From assembly GCF_009914755.1 (NCBI RefSeq), contig NC_060929.1: a stretch of DNA of 64,000 nt; one strand, written 5' to 3'. Source of the stretch: the human T2T-CHM13v2.0 reference genome, Homo sapiens. This document shows positions 15,700 through 30,612 of this stretch, one piece after another. Made by a program: the position numbers and the translations under genes. The notes under the pieces were generated by a model. That model was not told the DNA's origin. It did not search any database and saw only the letters and a program-made list of their open reading frames with translations. Position 1 is the stretch's first letter. The number at the start of each line of letters is the position of its first letter.

Positions 15700-16280
15700 C
15701 TGCACAGAGATGGTAACTAAGCCATGAGTATATGAGATCACCCAGTGCAAGTGTTGCATGAGAAGATGCCCCAGAACAGAACCCCAGGAAACACCAAAAC
15801 TTAAAGATTGGGCAGAAAAAAAGGAGCCTTTGTAAGAAATGGAAAAGAGTGAGCTAAAGATGAGATGAAAGCCTGGAGGGTAATGTTTCAGAGAAGTCAT
15901 TCTTTTCTGGAGGCTTTTAGGAAGAAAGTACTAGTCTATAACATCATTAGCTGGAAGAAGTTGGGTAAGATGAGAACTGAAAAATACCCCTTAGATTAGC
16001 ATCAAGGAGGTTGCTGGGAGCCTTAAGGGGAACAATGTCAGCGGAGAAACAAAGCTAAGGCCAAATTATGTGTGTTTGGGTATGTTTAGGAAGGGTGAAA
16101 GGTGAGGGGTCTGTGACAAAGTAGAAAGCACGCTCTTTAGGAAACATGAATACAAACGGATGAAGAATGATAGGCTAGCTAGAAAAACATATGGAGTCAA
16201 GGTAGGATTTAACATGTAAGATGATGAAACATTTTAAAATTCTGGTTAGAAAATAAGAGTAGAGCAGGAGAGGTTGAAGA
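15700..16280 (-). mobile_element. L2 fragment
   Basis: GTAAGATGAGAACTGAAAA...TTAGATTAGCA..AAGGAGGT typical of L2 antisense. Confidence 0.65.
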
Positions 16281-16445
16281 TAACTTATCTGGAAAGTTTG
16301 GGCATCACACCTTTATATAAACATATATGCTATATACACAACATAAAAGGCTATTCATTACTGAACAAACCATGATGAATGATATCTTGGAGAGGTGGGA
16401 AAAAAAATTCTAGTTAAAAATGGAAATGACATCAACTTTCATGTA

Positions 16446-16751
16446 CTTTTTTTTTTTTTTTTTTTTTTTGAGATAGGGTCTTGCTCTGTCACCCAGGCAG
16501 GAGTGCAGTGGCACGACCATGGCTCACTGCAGCCCTGCCTCCTGGGCTCAAGCAATTTTCCTACCTCAGACTCCCGAGTAGCTGAGACTACAGGCAAGCA
16601 CCACCACTCCCAGCTAATTTTTGTACTTTTTTTGTAGAGATGGAGTCTCCCTACGTTGCCCAACCTGGTCTCAAACTCCTGGGCTCAAGTGATCTGCTTG
16701 CTTCAGCCTCCCAAAGTGCTGGGATTATAGGCATGAGCCACTGTGCCTGGC
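16446..16751 (-). mobile_element. AluJ
   Basis: Full dimer; TSD CTTTCATG(T/C)ACTTTT. Confidence 0.93.
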
Positions 16752-16926
16752 TCTTTCATGCACTTTTAACTGAACTTTTGAGGTACTTATGACCTGAGAT
16801 TTGTTTTTAATGAGATAAAATTTTAAGATATAATTTTAAATGCTTAAAAATAAAGTTTAGTTACATGCTGAAGTAAAAAGGTTGTTTCATTAACCTTTTT
16901 TAGATCGCAGACTACACTGAAAATAG

Positions 16927-17425
<499 letters not shown>

Positions 17426-18849
17426 ATTCCTTGCTCTTAATCATAATTGAAGTTGTTATATCCTCCACTCCTAAGCCTTGAATGCCAATGCCAATTCCAA
17501 TTCCTTCCTCCCTCTGACCTTTCCTTGTGCTGCAGTCTATAAAACAAAAACATTGAATGTGCCTTTTCTGGGGAGAAGGAAAAAAATATTATATTCAAAT
17601 ACTCCTGCCCCGTATCTTGGCTCCATCACTTCCTAAATTACATAGCCCTGGCCAAACATTTACCTCTCAGAGCTACCTATATTTTCTTCATCAGCAATGT
17701 GAAACCATCAAATGTTTATTTCTTCCACCCCACCAGGCCCAATCCAAGAATCAAGTATCTTTCCTTCTCACAGGAACCTATCACCTGATTAGAAACTAGC
17801 AAATAATTCATTCTCATTCTCTCACATCCCACTTGAAATATAAACTGCTTGAAGGCAGAGAAGAGGGCTTCTATTTCATTCCTTACTTCCCCACTGCTTA
17901 TCACATTTCTTCTTTTAAAACCACCACAAGAGTTGCTGACTTAGTTGAGTATTAATTTAGAATACAGGTCTAAATTTTATGCTAGTCTCCATCGTTAACG
18001 TTCTCATCTATGTTTCTTCACAACTTTTCCATATTTCATCTTCAGATGAAATCACAAAATCACAAATAGCTTTGTTAGTGGCTTAAAGCCTTGTCAAATC
18101 ATTATAAGAGTACCTTCATAGGGATGCCTTGTTAAAAATAAATACTATACAGATTATTTAACTGCAAAATAACTCATAGATGTTACAATCTTTCTTAATC
18201 CTGAAGTTTTGAAAATCTGACTCTTATGAATGTATAATATTAGTAAAGCCCTTTAGCATCAAGGACTAATCAAGTTAAAATCTCTCCAAGTTATACAACT
18301 GGACTCTGTTCACTGTACAGGATCATTGCTTTTTAAGAAGGGAATTGTTGAGATACTGCAAGTTATATTACCAAATTTTTAAAAATCCTACAGATAGTAT
18401 TAGCTAAAGAAGGTTTTTTGGGGGGGGATAAGGTAATGTATTAAATAGTGTAGGACTGATTATACATATTATACATTCCCTACTTCAGCAAACCTTGAGT
18501 ATAGAGTTTCTTTCAGTCAGACCTGAAATTAGGTCTCTCACTCATGTGGTTTCAATTAAGTTCTGTTATAAATAGCTCATAATATAAGCATTTTCATTTT
18601 TAGCACTTCAATAACTTCACTACTTTTTTGTTTTGTTGTTTGTTTTTGTTTTTCTCTACATTGCTTTAGAGAAAGATTTACTACTTTTAATCGTACTAGC
18701 GATAAACTTTGAAGAAAAAAAAACAATCAAAGGAAGTTACATTGTACCCTGGCATTGTCTTTCTTTTTTCCTTCTCAGACCTCTCAGGGATGAAGCCTCT
18801 TTATAAATAGCTAAAACCATCTATTTTAGTTCACAGTCTTCTAATACCA

Positions 18850-19099
18850 ATGATTTGGTTCTTTATCTTTTAATATAAATACATATATTTAAGAAGCATA
18901 TGGAATAATTTTTTTTCTTAACTGATTAAAAGTAAATGACAAGAACCTCAGTAGAATTTCAACATAGAGATATATCACAAATAACTGGAGAATTTTTAAT
19001 TTTTAATTTCATATAATTTCAGGCAGACATTCTGCTTTATAGACTTTGACTTCACACTCCTGTCTTCAAAGTGGTGAAAATTCAGCCACAGCTGTTTTT
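18850..19099 (-). terminator. MEIKIN: MEIKIN 3'UTR with candidate ATTAAA poly(A) signals
   Basis: Follows the stop codon; minus-strand ATTAAA at ~18995-19007 (twice) and 18868-18873; cleavage site inferred, not observed. Confidence 0.55.
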
Positions 19100-19122
19100 T
19101 CATGCCATTTTTATTATGATAT
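19100..19122 (-). CDS. MEIKIN: MEIKIN terminal coding exon, (D)IIIKMA*
   Basis: Acceptor TTTTTTTTTCTCCAG|ATATCATAATAAAAATGGCATGA; its phase fits the upstream exon ending in G; matches the recalled C-terminus DIIIKMA. Confidence 0.9.
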
Positions 19123-19859
19123 CTGGAGAAAAAAAAATAACAATAGATTACTTTGTATACAAGCAGGTGTCCAATACTTACTAATAACCAGTCTGCAGGG
19201 GAGAGAGCACTTAATGCCCAGGTCACTCTAGTTTCAGCCCATCAAGCCTTAGGAAACAAATCCAGAGGCCATTTAAAAAAAAAAAGGAATATTTGGCTCA
19301 TCCCTTCTAGGACATGCTGAGGACATGTTCTCTTTGGAGAAGCAAGGAGATCTGCTCAATAACATTCTGGTGGAAAGCCCAGCAAAAATTGCTGTCAGTG
19401 GCCATCACAGAGCCTTTAACCCCAGCCTTGTAACCTGGAGCACTTGATCCAGTTGTGCTTTTCATGACCCTGTCCTCAGCCACCACCCAGGAAGACGCCT
19501 CTCATATTCTCTTGCCCATCCTTCCTTTGCATTTTCCTACCCTTTATTACAGTTGAACCCAGGTTCCATCCCGAAGACAGGATTGATTCTGGGGCCTTTG
19601 CCCCCACATCTTGTGCCAAGAGATCCAGAGTGGAACCAGCTTTACCTAGTTAACACTGCCACTTTCATACTATCATATACCTCATCCTCTGGCCAAATCA
19701 GCCGATATCAATGGCTCTGAAATTTTGTTGCATCTAAAACTACCTAGGATTTTAAAATCCTGATATCTAGGCCATCTTCCATACCAATTAGATAAGGGAC
19801 CCACATATCAGACAACCAGGAAGGTATGATGTGCAGCTAAGCTGAGAACCAGACACCTG

Positions 19860-20030
19860 TATCTTTGCTATTCAAAGTGGGGTCCATGGACCAGTTATGT
19901 CAGCATCACCTAAAAGGTTGTGAGAAATGTAGAATCAGCAGTCCCATTCTAAAAGTACTAAATCAAAGTCTCCATTTTAACAAGATCCTCAAGCAATTCA
20001 CAAGTACATTAAAGTCTGGGAAGTGCTGGC
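19860..20030. mobile_element. MER5-type hAT-Charlie relic (further pieces ~19710-19800, ~20400-20520, ~22430-22570)
   Basis: TTCAAAGTG..GTCC...CAGCATCACCT...TTTTAACAAGATCC...AAAGT.TG.GAAG. Confidence 0.75.
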
Positions 20031-20657
20031 TATACCTACTACTCTCTACTCCTCCCTGTTTACTGACCTCAGACACTGCTCGCTCATTAAAGACTTTGCA
20101 AAATGGTTCACAGTCATCCTCTCCACATGAACTTCTGGGTAACTTCCCAAATGGGTAATCAGCCCACCCAACTATCTTATCTCACCTACCCTTCAAATTC
20201 TCAGTCTTCAAATACACATCCAAGGCCATGACCTATATTCTCCCTCACCATCACCTACAGTGCATCATTTCTGATGCTTTACAATACTAGAGACCCAAAA
20301 GTCATCTCTAACTACCATTCTTTCTTACTACGCTGCACCAGTACCTATGTTAGTCACTAAGCCCTGTCAATTATACCAATAAAAAATTTCTAGTTTAAAC
20401 TGGTTCTCCTAAATCCTACAAAAATCCTAAATCAGATCCCTGAGGCGATTACTTGGGAATCTGCATTATTTATAAGTTCCTCTGGTGGCCTGAGCACCAC
20501 ATTTTGAGATACACTAGCTCAGATACTTATTTTTTCAACTTTGCTCACTGGAACTTTTGCAAAACTCCCACTTGGCCTTTTTGTTTCTAGGGTCATTTCT
20601 TTTTCTCAAATCACCCCTATACTTCCTGTGAGAATGAGCAAGTAAAAAGTAAATTTG

Positions 20658-20950
20658 GGCCAAGTGTGGTGTCTCATGCTTGTAATCCCAGCACTCTGGG
20701 AGGCCAAGGTGAGCAGATTGCTTGAGCCCAGGAGTACGAGATCAGCCTGGGCATCATGGTGAAACCCAGTCTCTACAAAATACATAAAGATTAGGTAGGC
20801 ATGGTAGCACCTGCCTGTAGTCCTAGCTACGTGGCAGAATCGCTGGAGCCTGGAAGGTCGAGGCTACAGTGAGCTGTGATCACACCACTGCACTCCAGCA
20901 TGGGCGACAGAGCAACACTCTGTCTCAAACAAACAAACAAAAACAAAAAC
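20658..20950 (+). mobile_element. AluJ
   Basis: Dimer with (CAAA)n tail. Confidence 0.9.
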
Positions 20951-21394
20951 ACATATATACCTCTATTGGGCTTGTTTTACATATCTGACTTCCTCTATGA
21001 GACTATAAACTTTATAAAGACAACTATGTCTTTATCTCAATATCACCAGCAACTATTTCTAGCATATGATATCCAGACTCAATAAATGTTTGCTGAATGA
21101 GTGAACCAAATAACTGGAGAACTTCATCTTTTCATTCTATAACCATATGACACTAAAACAACAGACTTAAAAGGCCTCCACGATGGCAAACTAGTTGGAT
21201 TTCTTTATCCCCAAGGCACTGGCTGGCATACTTCATCTCTTTATTTTCACTAGAACAATGGTTCTGTGTCAAAGACTATACACACTTACCTGACATATTC
21301 TTTACATGAGGTGGCATAACCCAATTTACCATCAATGACGCTAACCAGTCAGCATATTTTAGGCTTTTTGCAATTTGATAAAAATCAAAGAACA

Positions 21395-21710
21395 GGCTGG
21401 GTGCGGTGGCTCACGCCTGTAATCCCAGCACTTTGGGAGGCTGAGGCAGGTGGATCACGAGGTCAGGAGATCAAGACATTCCTGGACAACAGATGAAACC
21501 CTGTCTCTACTAAAAATACAAAAATTAGCTGGGCGTGGTGGTACGTGCCTGTAATCCCAGCTACTCGGGAGGCTGAGGCAGGAGAATCGCCTGAACCAGG
21601 GAGTCGGAGGTTGCAGTGAGCTGCCACTGCACTCCAGCCTGGCAACAGAGTGAGACTCTGTCTCAAAAAACAAGCAAACAAACGAACAAAAAAAAAAAAA
21701 ACAAACAAAA
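21395..21710 (+). mobile_element. AluS (Sc-like)
   Basis: Dimer; TSD AAAA(T/C)CAAAGAACA. Confidence 0.93.
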
Positions 21711-21789
21711 CCAAAGAACAGTTTTCAAAAGGGAGATGAAGAAAGCTAAACTTGAGAAATTAACCTAACCTATAGAAACAAATAATTAT

Positions 21790-22430
21790 TGCATAATGAG
21801 TGATTATTATATGTCACACTCTTTACAAAGATTATCTCTAGTCCTCACAACAATTCTTTGAGGTAAGAACTACTATTTTACCAATTTTACAGATAGGAGG
21901 CTAAAATTCAGAAAGTTTAAGGAATGTGCTTATGTAACAGTTAGGATTTGAACTTAGGGATGTCCTATTCTTAAGTGATTTGTACTACCATCTTTCGGAT
22001 ACTCGAATAAATATGTTTCCACTTCATTTGTCATATATCTGTGTGATACTTCTGCCTGCTATTATTATCTAGAAAATCAAATTTCTCACTAAAGATAACA
22101 TATGCATCCAGTTAAAGGCCGTGATTCTACAGTACTAGACTGAGATATGAATTCATAACACATAATTTATCGTCTCTTCTGGAGCTCAAAATAGAATAAA
22201 AAAAAATCTTAAAATTTACTATAAGGATAGCTGCAGGTTTTGTCTGATTAGCCAAAAGGTATTATTAGACTTCTCTAACACCTCAAAGTTAAAAGTGTCC
22301 TCTCTTGGGTTCCTACAGTGTCTTGTTCTAGTTCTGATTCTACAAGTAATAAGCTCTGTGCATTTGGGCAAGTCACTTAACCTGGCCAGGTCATTTTTGT
22401 TATATGTAAGATGAGTAAAATAGACTAATG
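21790..22430. mobile_element. MIR fragments (~21790-21980 and ~22310-22430)
   Basis: TCCTCACAACAA...ATTTTACAGATAGG; TTGGGCAAGTCACTTAACCT MIR core. Confidence 0.7.
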
Positions 22431-23204
22431 AAATGGTTCTCAAATGTTTGTGCTTACTGGAATCACTTTCAAAATGCAGGTTCCTGTGCCATCTCTAGAG
22501 ACTGAAGTTTACCAGGTCTGTAGTTATTCTGGTGAGGTAGTCAGAAGGACCATGCATTGAGAAAGCTTAGACTAGATGTTTTCTACAGCCTCCTTTATCT
22601 GGCTGTCACTATTCCAACGACTTACCCACACCACCTCCTCTATCACATCTCTTTGGTTCACTTTCACCATTGTTTTTTATTTAATCAGCATAGTGCCAGT
22701 TATTAATGAACAAAAATCATACTGATCACAGTCCTAGACTGAAATTCAAAAGTGAATTTCACCCTGTAGTCCTGATTAGATTACTGCCAAAATAGCTAAA
22801 ACTTTAAATGCCAGGACTAAAAATAGGCTGCTGCATGTTTAAAATAACATGATCACTAGTTAGCTTGGTGCTTTGCTATTTTTACTAAAGGAAAGAGAGA
22901 AGTGGCCAGAGGTTGAAAGGGAAACAGGAGGCAGCTGTTACGGTGAGAGCCTAGAAAGAGGCCAGGAGATGGCACCGTTAGTTCATTAGTTCAACATTAA
23001 TGGGGAGGGGAATTAAGGGCAGTTATCTCTGTAAATTAAACTAAAAAACTTCAGTCTGAACACTCAAAAGAACCTCCCAGACACACTTTGGTTTTGATTT
23101 GTTGCATACTTAAGTCCAGAATTTTAACAATATCTAACGTCAGAAACTAATATGACAGGCCAAAAAGACCAAATTAAGAGTGTTGCTAGTGTTATTTGTA
23201 AACT

Positions 23205-23766
23205 TTTTCTTTTCTTTTTTTTTTTTTTAATTTTTTATTTTTGAGACGGAGTCTCACTCTGTCATCCAGGCTGGTATGCAGTGGTGCAATCTCGGCTCAC
23301 TGCAACCTCTGCCTCCTGGCACCTGCAACCATGCCCAGCTAATTTTTGTATTTTTAGTAGAGACAGGGTTTCGCCATGTTGGCTAGGCTGTTCTCGAACT
23401 CCTGACCTCAGGTAATCCGCCCACCTCGGCCTCCCAACGTGCTGGGATTACAGGCATGAGCCATCATGCCTAGCCAACTTCTTCTTTTTTTTTTGAGATG
23501 CAGTCTCACTCTCGCCCAGGCTGGAGTGCAGTGGCACGATCTCGGCTCACTGCCAGCTCTGCCTCCCGGGTTCATGCCATCCTCCTGCCTCAGCCTCCTG
23601 AATAGCTGGGCCTACAGGTGCCCATCACCACGCCCAGCTAATTTTTTGTAGTTTTAGTAGAGATGGGGTTTCACCGTGTTAGCCAGGATGGTCTCGATCT
23701 CCTGACCCGCCTGGGCCTCCCAAAGTGCTCGGATTACAGGCCTAAGCCACTGCGCCCAGCCCGGCC
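23205..23766 (-). mobile_element. Two adjacent Alus (deleted AluS ~23205-23476; AluY-like ~23485-23766)
   Basis: Second element flanked by TSD AACTTCTTCT. Confidence 0.9.
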
Positions 23767-23779
23767 AACTTCTTCTTAA

Positions 23780-24300
23780 AGTATAACAAATACACAGAAA
23801 TGTACACATATGTACAGCTTGATAGGTTTTCACAAACACAACATACCTGTGTAAACAGCACTGACATAAGGAAACACAACATTATCGGCACCCTAGAATT
23901 CCCCCTTGTAATCCCTTCCAAGTAATGCCCCCACTCCAACAAGGGCATCCACTATCGTGATTTCCATTATAGTTTAGTTTTGCCAAGTTTTATACTGTAT
24001 GTAGATAATATTAAATATACTCTACTGGGTCTGGCACCCTTTGTTAAACGCATCATTATGTTTGTAATTTTGTATATAACATGTAATATGTAACAGTTGC
24101 ATATAACTTTATATTGTTGATTTTCACTGCTATATAGCACTTGAATGAATGAATATACCATAGTTGATCCATTTTACTTAATGGGCATTTGGATAGTTTC
24201 CAGCTTGAGGCTATCATGAACACTGATGCTATTAATATTCTAGTAGATATTTTTTGGTGACACATATATACATTACAGTTGGGTATATTCCTACAATGAA
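23780..24300 (-). mobile_element. Old L1M 3' fragment
   Basis: GGGCATTTGGATAGTTTCCAG...GCTATCATGAA...GCTATTAATATTC L1 antisense text. Confidence 0.75.
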
Positions 24301-25146
24301 ATTGGTAGGTCTCCAAAGGCCTTCCACCTTTGTAATTTCCAGGGGTCAAGTAGTATGAGGGACATCCCTATTAAGGCGAAGAATTAGGTATTGCATCTGG
24401 CACCTCCTATAACCAAAAGGCAGACACAATGCCTAGTCAGCTTTTTTGGATGTTGGAGTTAACATATTTCTCATTTAGGTGTGCCACTCCAGCCCACTCA
24501 CTGAGTGACCTAAAAAGCTGCTAGATTTGAAGGGAGGCCCAGAACAAGAGAATCATCTGCAATAGGTCGAGGTTGCTGTGGAGCTGCTCTGAAAATTGTG
24601 CCAAATGATCCAGCAGATCCAACGGTGCTTGTAGTGTTAGTGGCAGATAGAAACGCTGCTTGGAGCCTTTGGCAGGTCCCTGCAGGTGACTCCCAGGGTG
24701 AACCTTTAGGATTTTGGAGTGAAGTCCTTCCATCCTCAGTGGAAAACTACTCTTTTGAGAAACAGCTTTTGGCTTATTGCCAAATTTTAGTAGCAACTAA
24801 GCACTTAATCATAGGCCATCAAGTTACCATGTGACCCACACTGCCTATCATGAACTATGTGCTGTCTGACCTACCAAGTCATAAATTTGGTGTTAATGGC
24901 AGCACTCCATTATCAAATGGAAGTGGTTTATGTAAAATTGAGCTTGAGCAGGCCCTGAAGTCATAAGTAAGTAACATGAGGAAGTGACCCAAATGTCCAT
25001 GGCCCCCACCCTGGCTACATTACCTTTTTTCTCACTGCCTGCTCTGAAGATGACATGAGGAGTTCTCTACAATCAGTTGACTGAGGAAGAGAAAACTCAT
25101 ATTTGATTTACAAATGGTTCTCTACGATATGCAGGTACTGCCTTAA

Positions 25147-25596
<450 letters not shown>

Positions 25597-25665
25597 GATC
25601 TTTAACTGTATTCTAGAGTGGTAGCCAATGATTTGGCTGTATGGTCAGGGACTTGGAAAGAACAT

Positions 25666-26109
25666 TGTATTAGTCAGGGTTCTCTGAAGGACAGAACTAA
25701 TACAATATATATACATAAAAGGGAGTTTATTAAGGAGTATTAACTCACATGATCGCAGAGTCCCACAATAGGCCATCTGCAAGCTCAGGAGCAAGGAAGC
25801 CAGTCCGAGTCCCAAAGCTGAAAAACTTGGAGTTCGATGTTAGAGGGCAGGAAGCATCCAGCATCAGAGAAAGATGTAGGTTGGGAGGCTAAACCAGTCT
25901 AATCTTTTCACATTCTTCTGCTTGCTTTTATTCTGGCATGCTGGTAGCTGATTAGATAGATGATGCCCACCAAATTGAGGGTGAGTCTGCCTCTCCCAGT
26001 CCACTGACTCAAATGTTAATCTCCTTTGGCAATACCCTCACAGACACACACAGGAACAATACTTTGCATCCTTTAATTCAATCAAGTTGACACTCAGTAA
26101 TCCATCACA
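25666..26109 (-). mobile_element. MLT2A (MLT2A1-like) solo LTR
   Basis: TGTATTAGTCAGGGTTCTCT...GAGCAAGGAAGCCAGTCCGAGTCCCAAAGCTG...CAATCAAGTTGACACTCAGTA..CCATCACA. Confidence 0.88.
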
Positions 26110-26148
26110 AGTGGACTGAAAAATTTGAAAGGAGGCATTGGACAGATC

Positions 26149-26446
26149 TTTTTTTTTTTTTTTGAGACAGGATCTCACTCTATTGCTCAGGCTGCAGTGC
26201 AGTGGCGTGATTACAGCTTACTGCAGCTTCCACCTCCTCGGGCTCAGGTGATCCTCCCACCTCAGCCTCCCAAGTAGCTGGAACTACAGGAGTGCACCAC
26301 CACACCTGGCTAATTTCTGTATTTTTTTGAAGAGATGGTTTCACAATGTTGCCCAGGCTGGTCTCAAACTCTTGGGCTCAAGCGATCCACTCGCCTCAAC
26401 CTCCCAAAGCGGTGGGATTACAGGCATGAGCCATCACACCCAGCCA
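26149..26446 (-). mobile_element. AluJ inside ERVL
   Basis: Full dimer; TSD GGACAGA(T/C)CT. Confidence 0.9.
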
Positions 26447-28110
26447 GGACAGACCTCTCTCAATGGGAAAAAAAAGAAAAGAAGAAAAGAAAAGAAGGAT
26501 GTATGCCATAAAATTCTCACCAAAGGTGATCTTAGCAGAGGAGGATTTTAATAATGAAGTGAATATAGGATAATCAAGTCTGTGGAAACCAGTCAGTCTC
26601 TATTCCAGCCACCTCTGTCAGAACAGGGCTGGGGAAAGAGGCTAACTGGTATCCTCTTTGTTCATGGCTCATGAACAAAGTGGCCACAGTGGCAAGAATG
26701 GAGGTCATACATAGGCTCAGCAATATGGATTTCCACTATCCAAGGCCAACCTGGATGCCACTGCTGAGTGCCCAACCAGTCAGCAGCAGACAACAACACT
26801 GACTCCAAGTATGGCACTATTCCTCTGGGTGCTCAGTCAGCTTTGTAGTTGATTACATTGAACTACTTCCATCATGGAAGGGGTAGCATTTTGTTCTTAC
26901 TAGAACAGACCCTCGATACAGATTTGCCTTCCTCATACAAAATTCTGCCAAAATTGTCATCCATGGTCTCATGGAATGCTTTACCCATTGTCATGATATT
27001 CCATACAACATTGCTTCTGATCAAGGAACTCACGTCACAGCAAAAGAATTTCAGTATGAGTCATTGCTCCTGGAATTCACTGGTCTATGTTCCTTATCAT
27101 GCTAAAGAAGCTGGCCTAATAGGATGATGGGATGGCCTTTTGAAGATTCAGTTATAGCACCAGCTAGGTGGCAATAACTTGCAGGGAGGGCAGAGTTCTC
27201 CAGAGGGCTATATATATGCTCTGAATCAGCATCCAATAAATGGTACTTTTTTTCCCTCCATAGCCAGGAATCAAGGGGTAGAAACAAAAGTGGCACCATG
27301 CATTATTAACCCTGGTGACCCACTAGCAAAATTTATTCTTCCTGTTCTCATAATTTTATGCCCCACTGGCTTAGAGGTCTTAGTTCCAAAGGGAGAAATT
27401 CCTCCACAGGAGACTAATTCTATTAAACTGGAAGTTAAGACTGCCCCCAGTCACTTTGGAGTCAATAGGCTAAGAAGCGACTTACGGTGTTGACTGGGGC
27501 GACTGATCCGGACTACCAAGGAGAATCTGAACTACTACTCCACAATGGTGGTAAGGAAGAATATGTCTGGAACACAGGAGATCTCTTAGGGTATCTGTTA
27601 ATTTTATCATACCCTGTGATTAACGTTAATGGAAAACTACAACAACCCAATCCATGCAGGACTGCTAATGGCCCAGACCCATCAGAAATAAAGTTTGTGT
27701 CACCCACCAGGTAAAGAACCATGACCATCTGAAGTGCCTGCTGAAGGCAGAAGGAATATGGCATGGGTAATAGAAGAAGGTGGTTATAAATACCTGTTAC
27801 GATCACCTGATTAGTTAGGCAAGTATCTTTGTTTTCTTCTCTCTCTTATCCCTTTATCATATGATGTACAATGTATTAATAATAGTTAACTTTATATCAC
27901 AGTTTTTAAGTTACAGGATAGCAAGAAGAAGGGTGAACATTGCCCGAAACTTTGTATCCTCTTCTGGGGAAAGGGTTAGCACATTTTCAGTTTTATGCAG
28001 GAGAGTTGTAGCATGTTAGGCAAAAGTATGACTTTATTATTGTCTTTATCTGGAGATTAAATTATGGTTTAAGGAGATGCAAATGGATGCATAGTTGATA
28101 AGGAATGCGC

Positions 28111-28460
28111 TGTGATGGTTAGTTGTGTGTGACAACTTGCCTAGGATATATTACACAATTATTCAGTTCAATACTAATCTAAGCGTTGCTGTGAAGGTAT
28201 TTTGTAGATGTGGTTAATATCTACAATAAACTTTATATAAACTTCAAGGAGATTATCCCTGATAATATAGGTAGGCCTCATTCAATCAGTTGAAAGGCCT
28301 TAAGAGCAAAACTGAAGTTTATCTGAACAAAAAGAAATCTATCTGTAGACTGCATCATTGGCTCCTGCCCAAGAGTTTCCAGCCTGCCATACAGTTTGCA
28401 AACTTGCCCAGCTATACTTCTACAGCTCCATAACTGTATAAGTCAATTCCTTGTTTTATT
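28111..28460 (+). mobile_element. Older MLT2 (C/D-like) 3' LTR of the ERVL relic
   Basis: Starts TGTGATGGTTA directly after a degenerate PPT; GTTGCTGTGAAGGTATTTTGTAGATGTG. Confidence 0.75.
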
Positions 28461-28738
28461 CTCTCCGGAATGGTAATTTGCATACGTTAGGCCTTATTCT
28501 ATCCTCTATAACTTTCAACCTCTCTTTAATGTTTTCCATATATATAAAATTGGCTTTTTCTTTTGTAGGATCCTGACAAATACAGGATCTTGCTATTCCC
28601 TACCACTATGCTGATGTTATCAGAGATAGAGATAGAAAGAAGTCAATTATGTGCTTTCTCCTTGAAAACTTCATAACCTAAGGAATATGAAATATGAAAA
28701 GTCAGCACTGTAAATTAGGTTGGGTAGCAATATATTAT

Positions 28739-29563
<825 letters not shown>

Positions 29564-29879
29564 ATTATTAAGTATCAAATGAGTAGCACTGAATTGAGTA
29601 TTCAAGGAACTTATAAAAAAGGGATCTCTATAGACTTAGAGAATGCTCAGGGCAGGTACTGTGGAGGAAATAAGTACAAGAATTAAGAGTGGACATCTTG
29701 GTTGAATTGAAGCTGTACATATCTAACTAAATTTCAATTGCTTCATTGGCTATTTACTCATAAAAATTCCAAAGTGCCACTGAGTAATTAGACATTCTGG
29801 CTGAAGCATAGTGAGGGGAGATGTTAAGCCTTCTAAACTCAAAAAACCAAAGAAAAAACAAAACAAAACAAAAAAACAC

Positions 29880-30090
29880 TGCATTTGGAGTTAGAAAGCT
29901 TAAAAGATTGAATTCCTCTCTACCACTTGAAGAAGTATGATCTTGGACAAATTCCTTACTACTTTAAATCTCAGAGTCTTAATATGTAAAATGGGAATAA
30001 CAGTACACATCTATTATAAAGTCGTAATGAAATATAAGGTTCTTAGCACAGTGCCTTTCACAGAGGAAGTACTCAACCAATATGAGGTGA
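29880..30090 (+). mobile_element. MIR
   Basis: TCTTGGACAAATT...TGTAAAATGGGAATAA...CTTAGCACAGTGCCT. Confidence 0.75.
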
Positions 30091-30294
30091 ATGCAAAAAC
30101 ATCTCCACATCTCTAAAAATAATGCTACTAAAATTGAAACCAAAACAATACTAAATTTCACATAATTATAAGAGAAAGTATCCTGGATAAATATATTTTA
30201 CATTAGTGCCATACGCTAATTTTTCAAAAGATAAAGTATCTGTCTTTCAAAAAATTATTTTACTCTGGTTCTTGTTCTGAAATCTGACCAGACT

Positions 30295-30460
30295 TTATTT
30301 TTTTTAATGAAGAGACAGGGTCTCTCTCTGTCACTCAGGCTGGAGTGCAGTGACCTGATGATAGCTCACCATAACCTTGAACTCCTAGGCTCTACTGATC
30401 CTCCTGCCTGAGCTATCCAAAGTGCTGGGATTATAGGCATGAGCCACTGAGTCCACCCCT
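30295..30460 (-). mobile_element. Short or deleted old Alu (FAM/J-like)
   Basis: Alu 3' and 5' ends joined without a linker. Confidence 0.75.
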
Positions 30461-30612
30461 GACCAGGCTTTTATAATTTTACCATTTCCACTTTCTGCAA
30501 GAACTCTTAGAATACAATTTATAATTGAATTTCCTGTGTACATAAGGCATTTTTAATGAAAAAAATGTTTTATATCATCCAAAAAGTATGCTCTGCATTC
30601 ATACTACAGTAC

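Noticed and set aside
18996-19226. 76-aa minus-strand ORF as the MEIKIN last exon
   Set aside because: It is in a different frame and spans the intron. The spliced frame ends DIIIKMA* at 19100.
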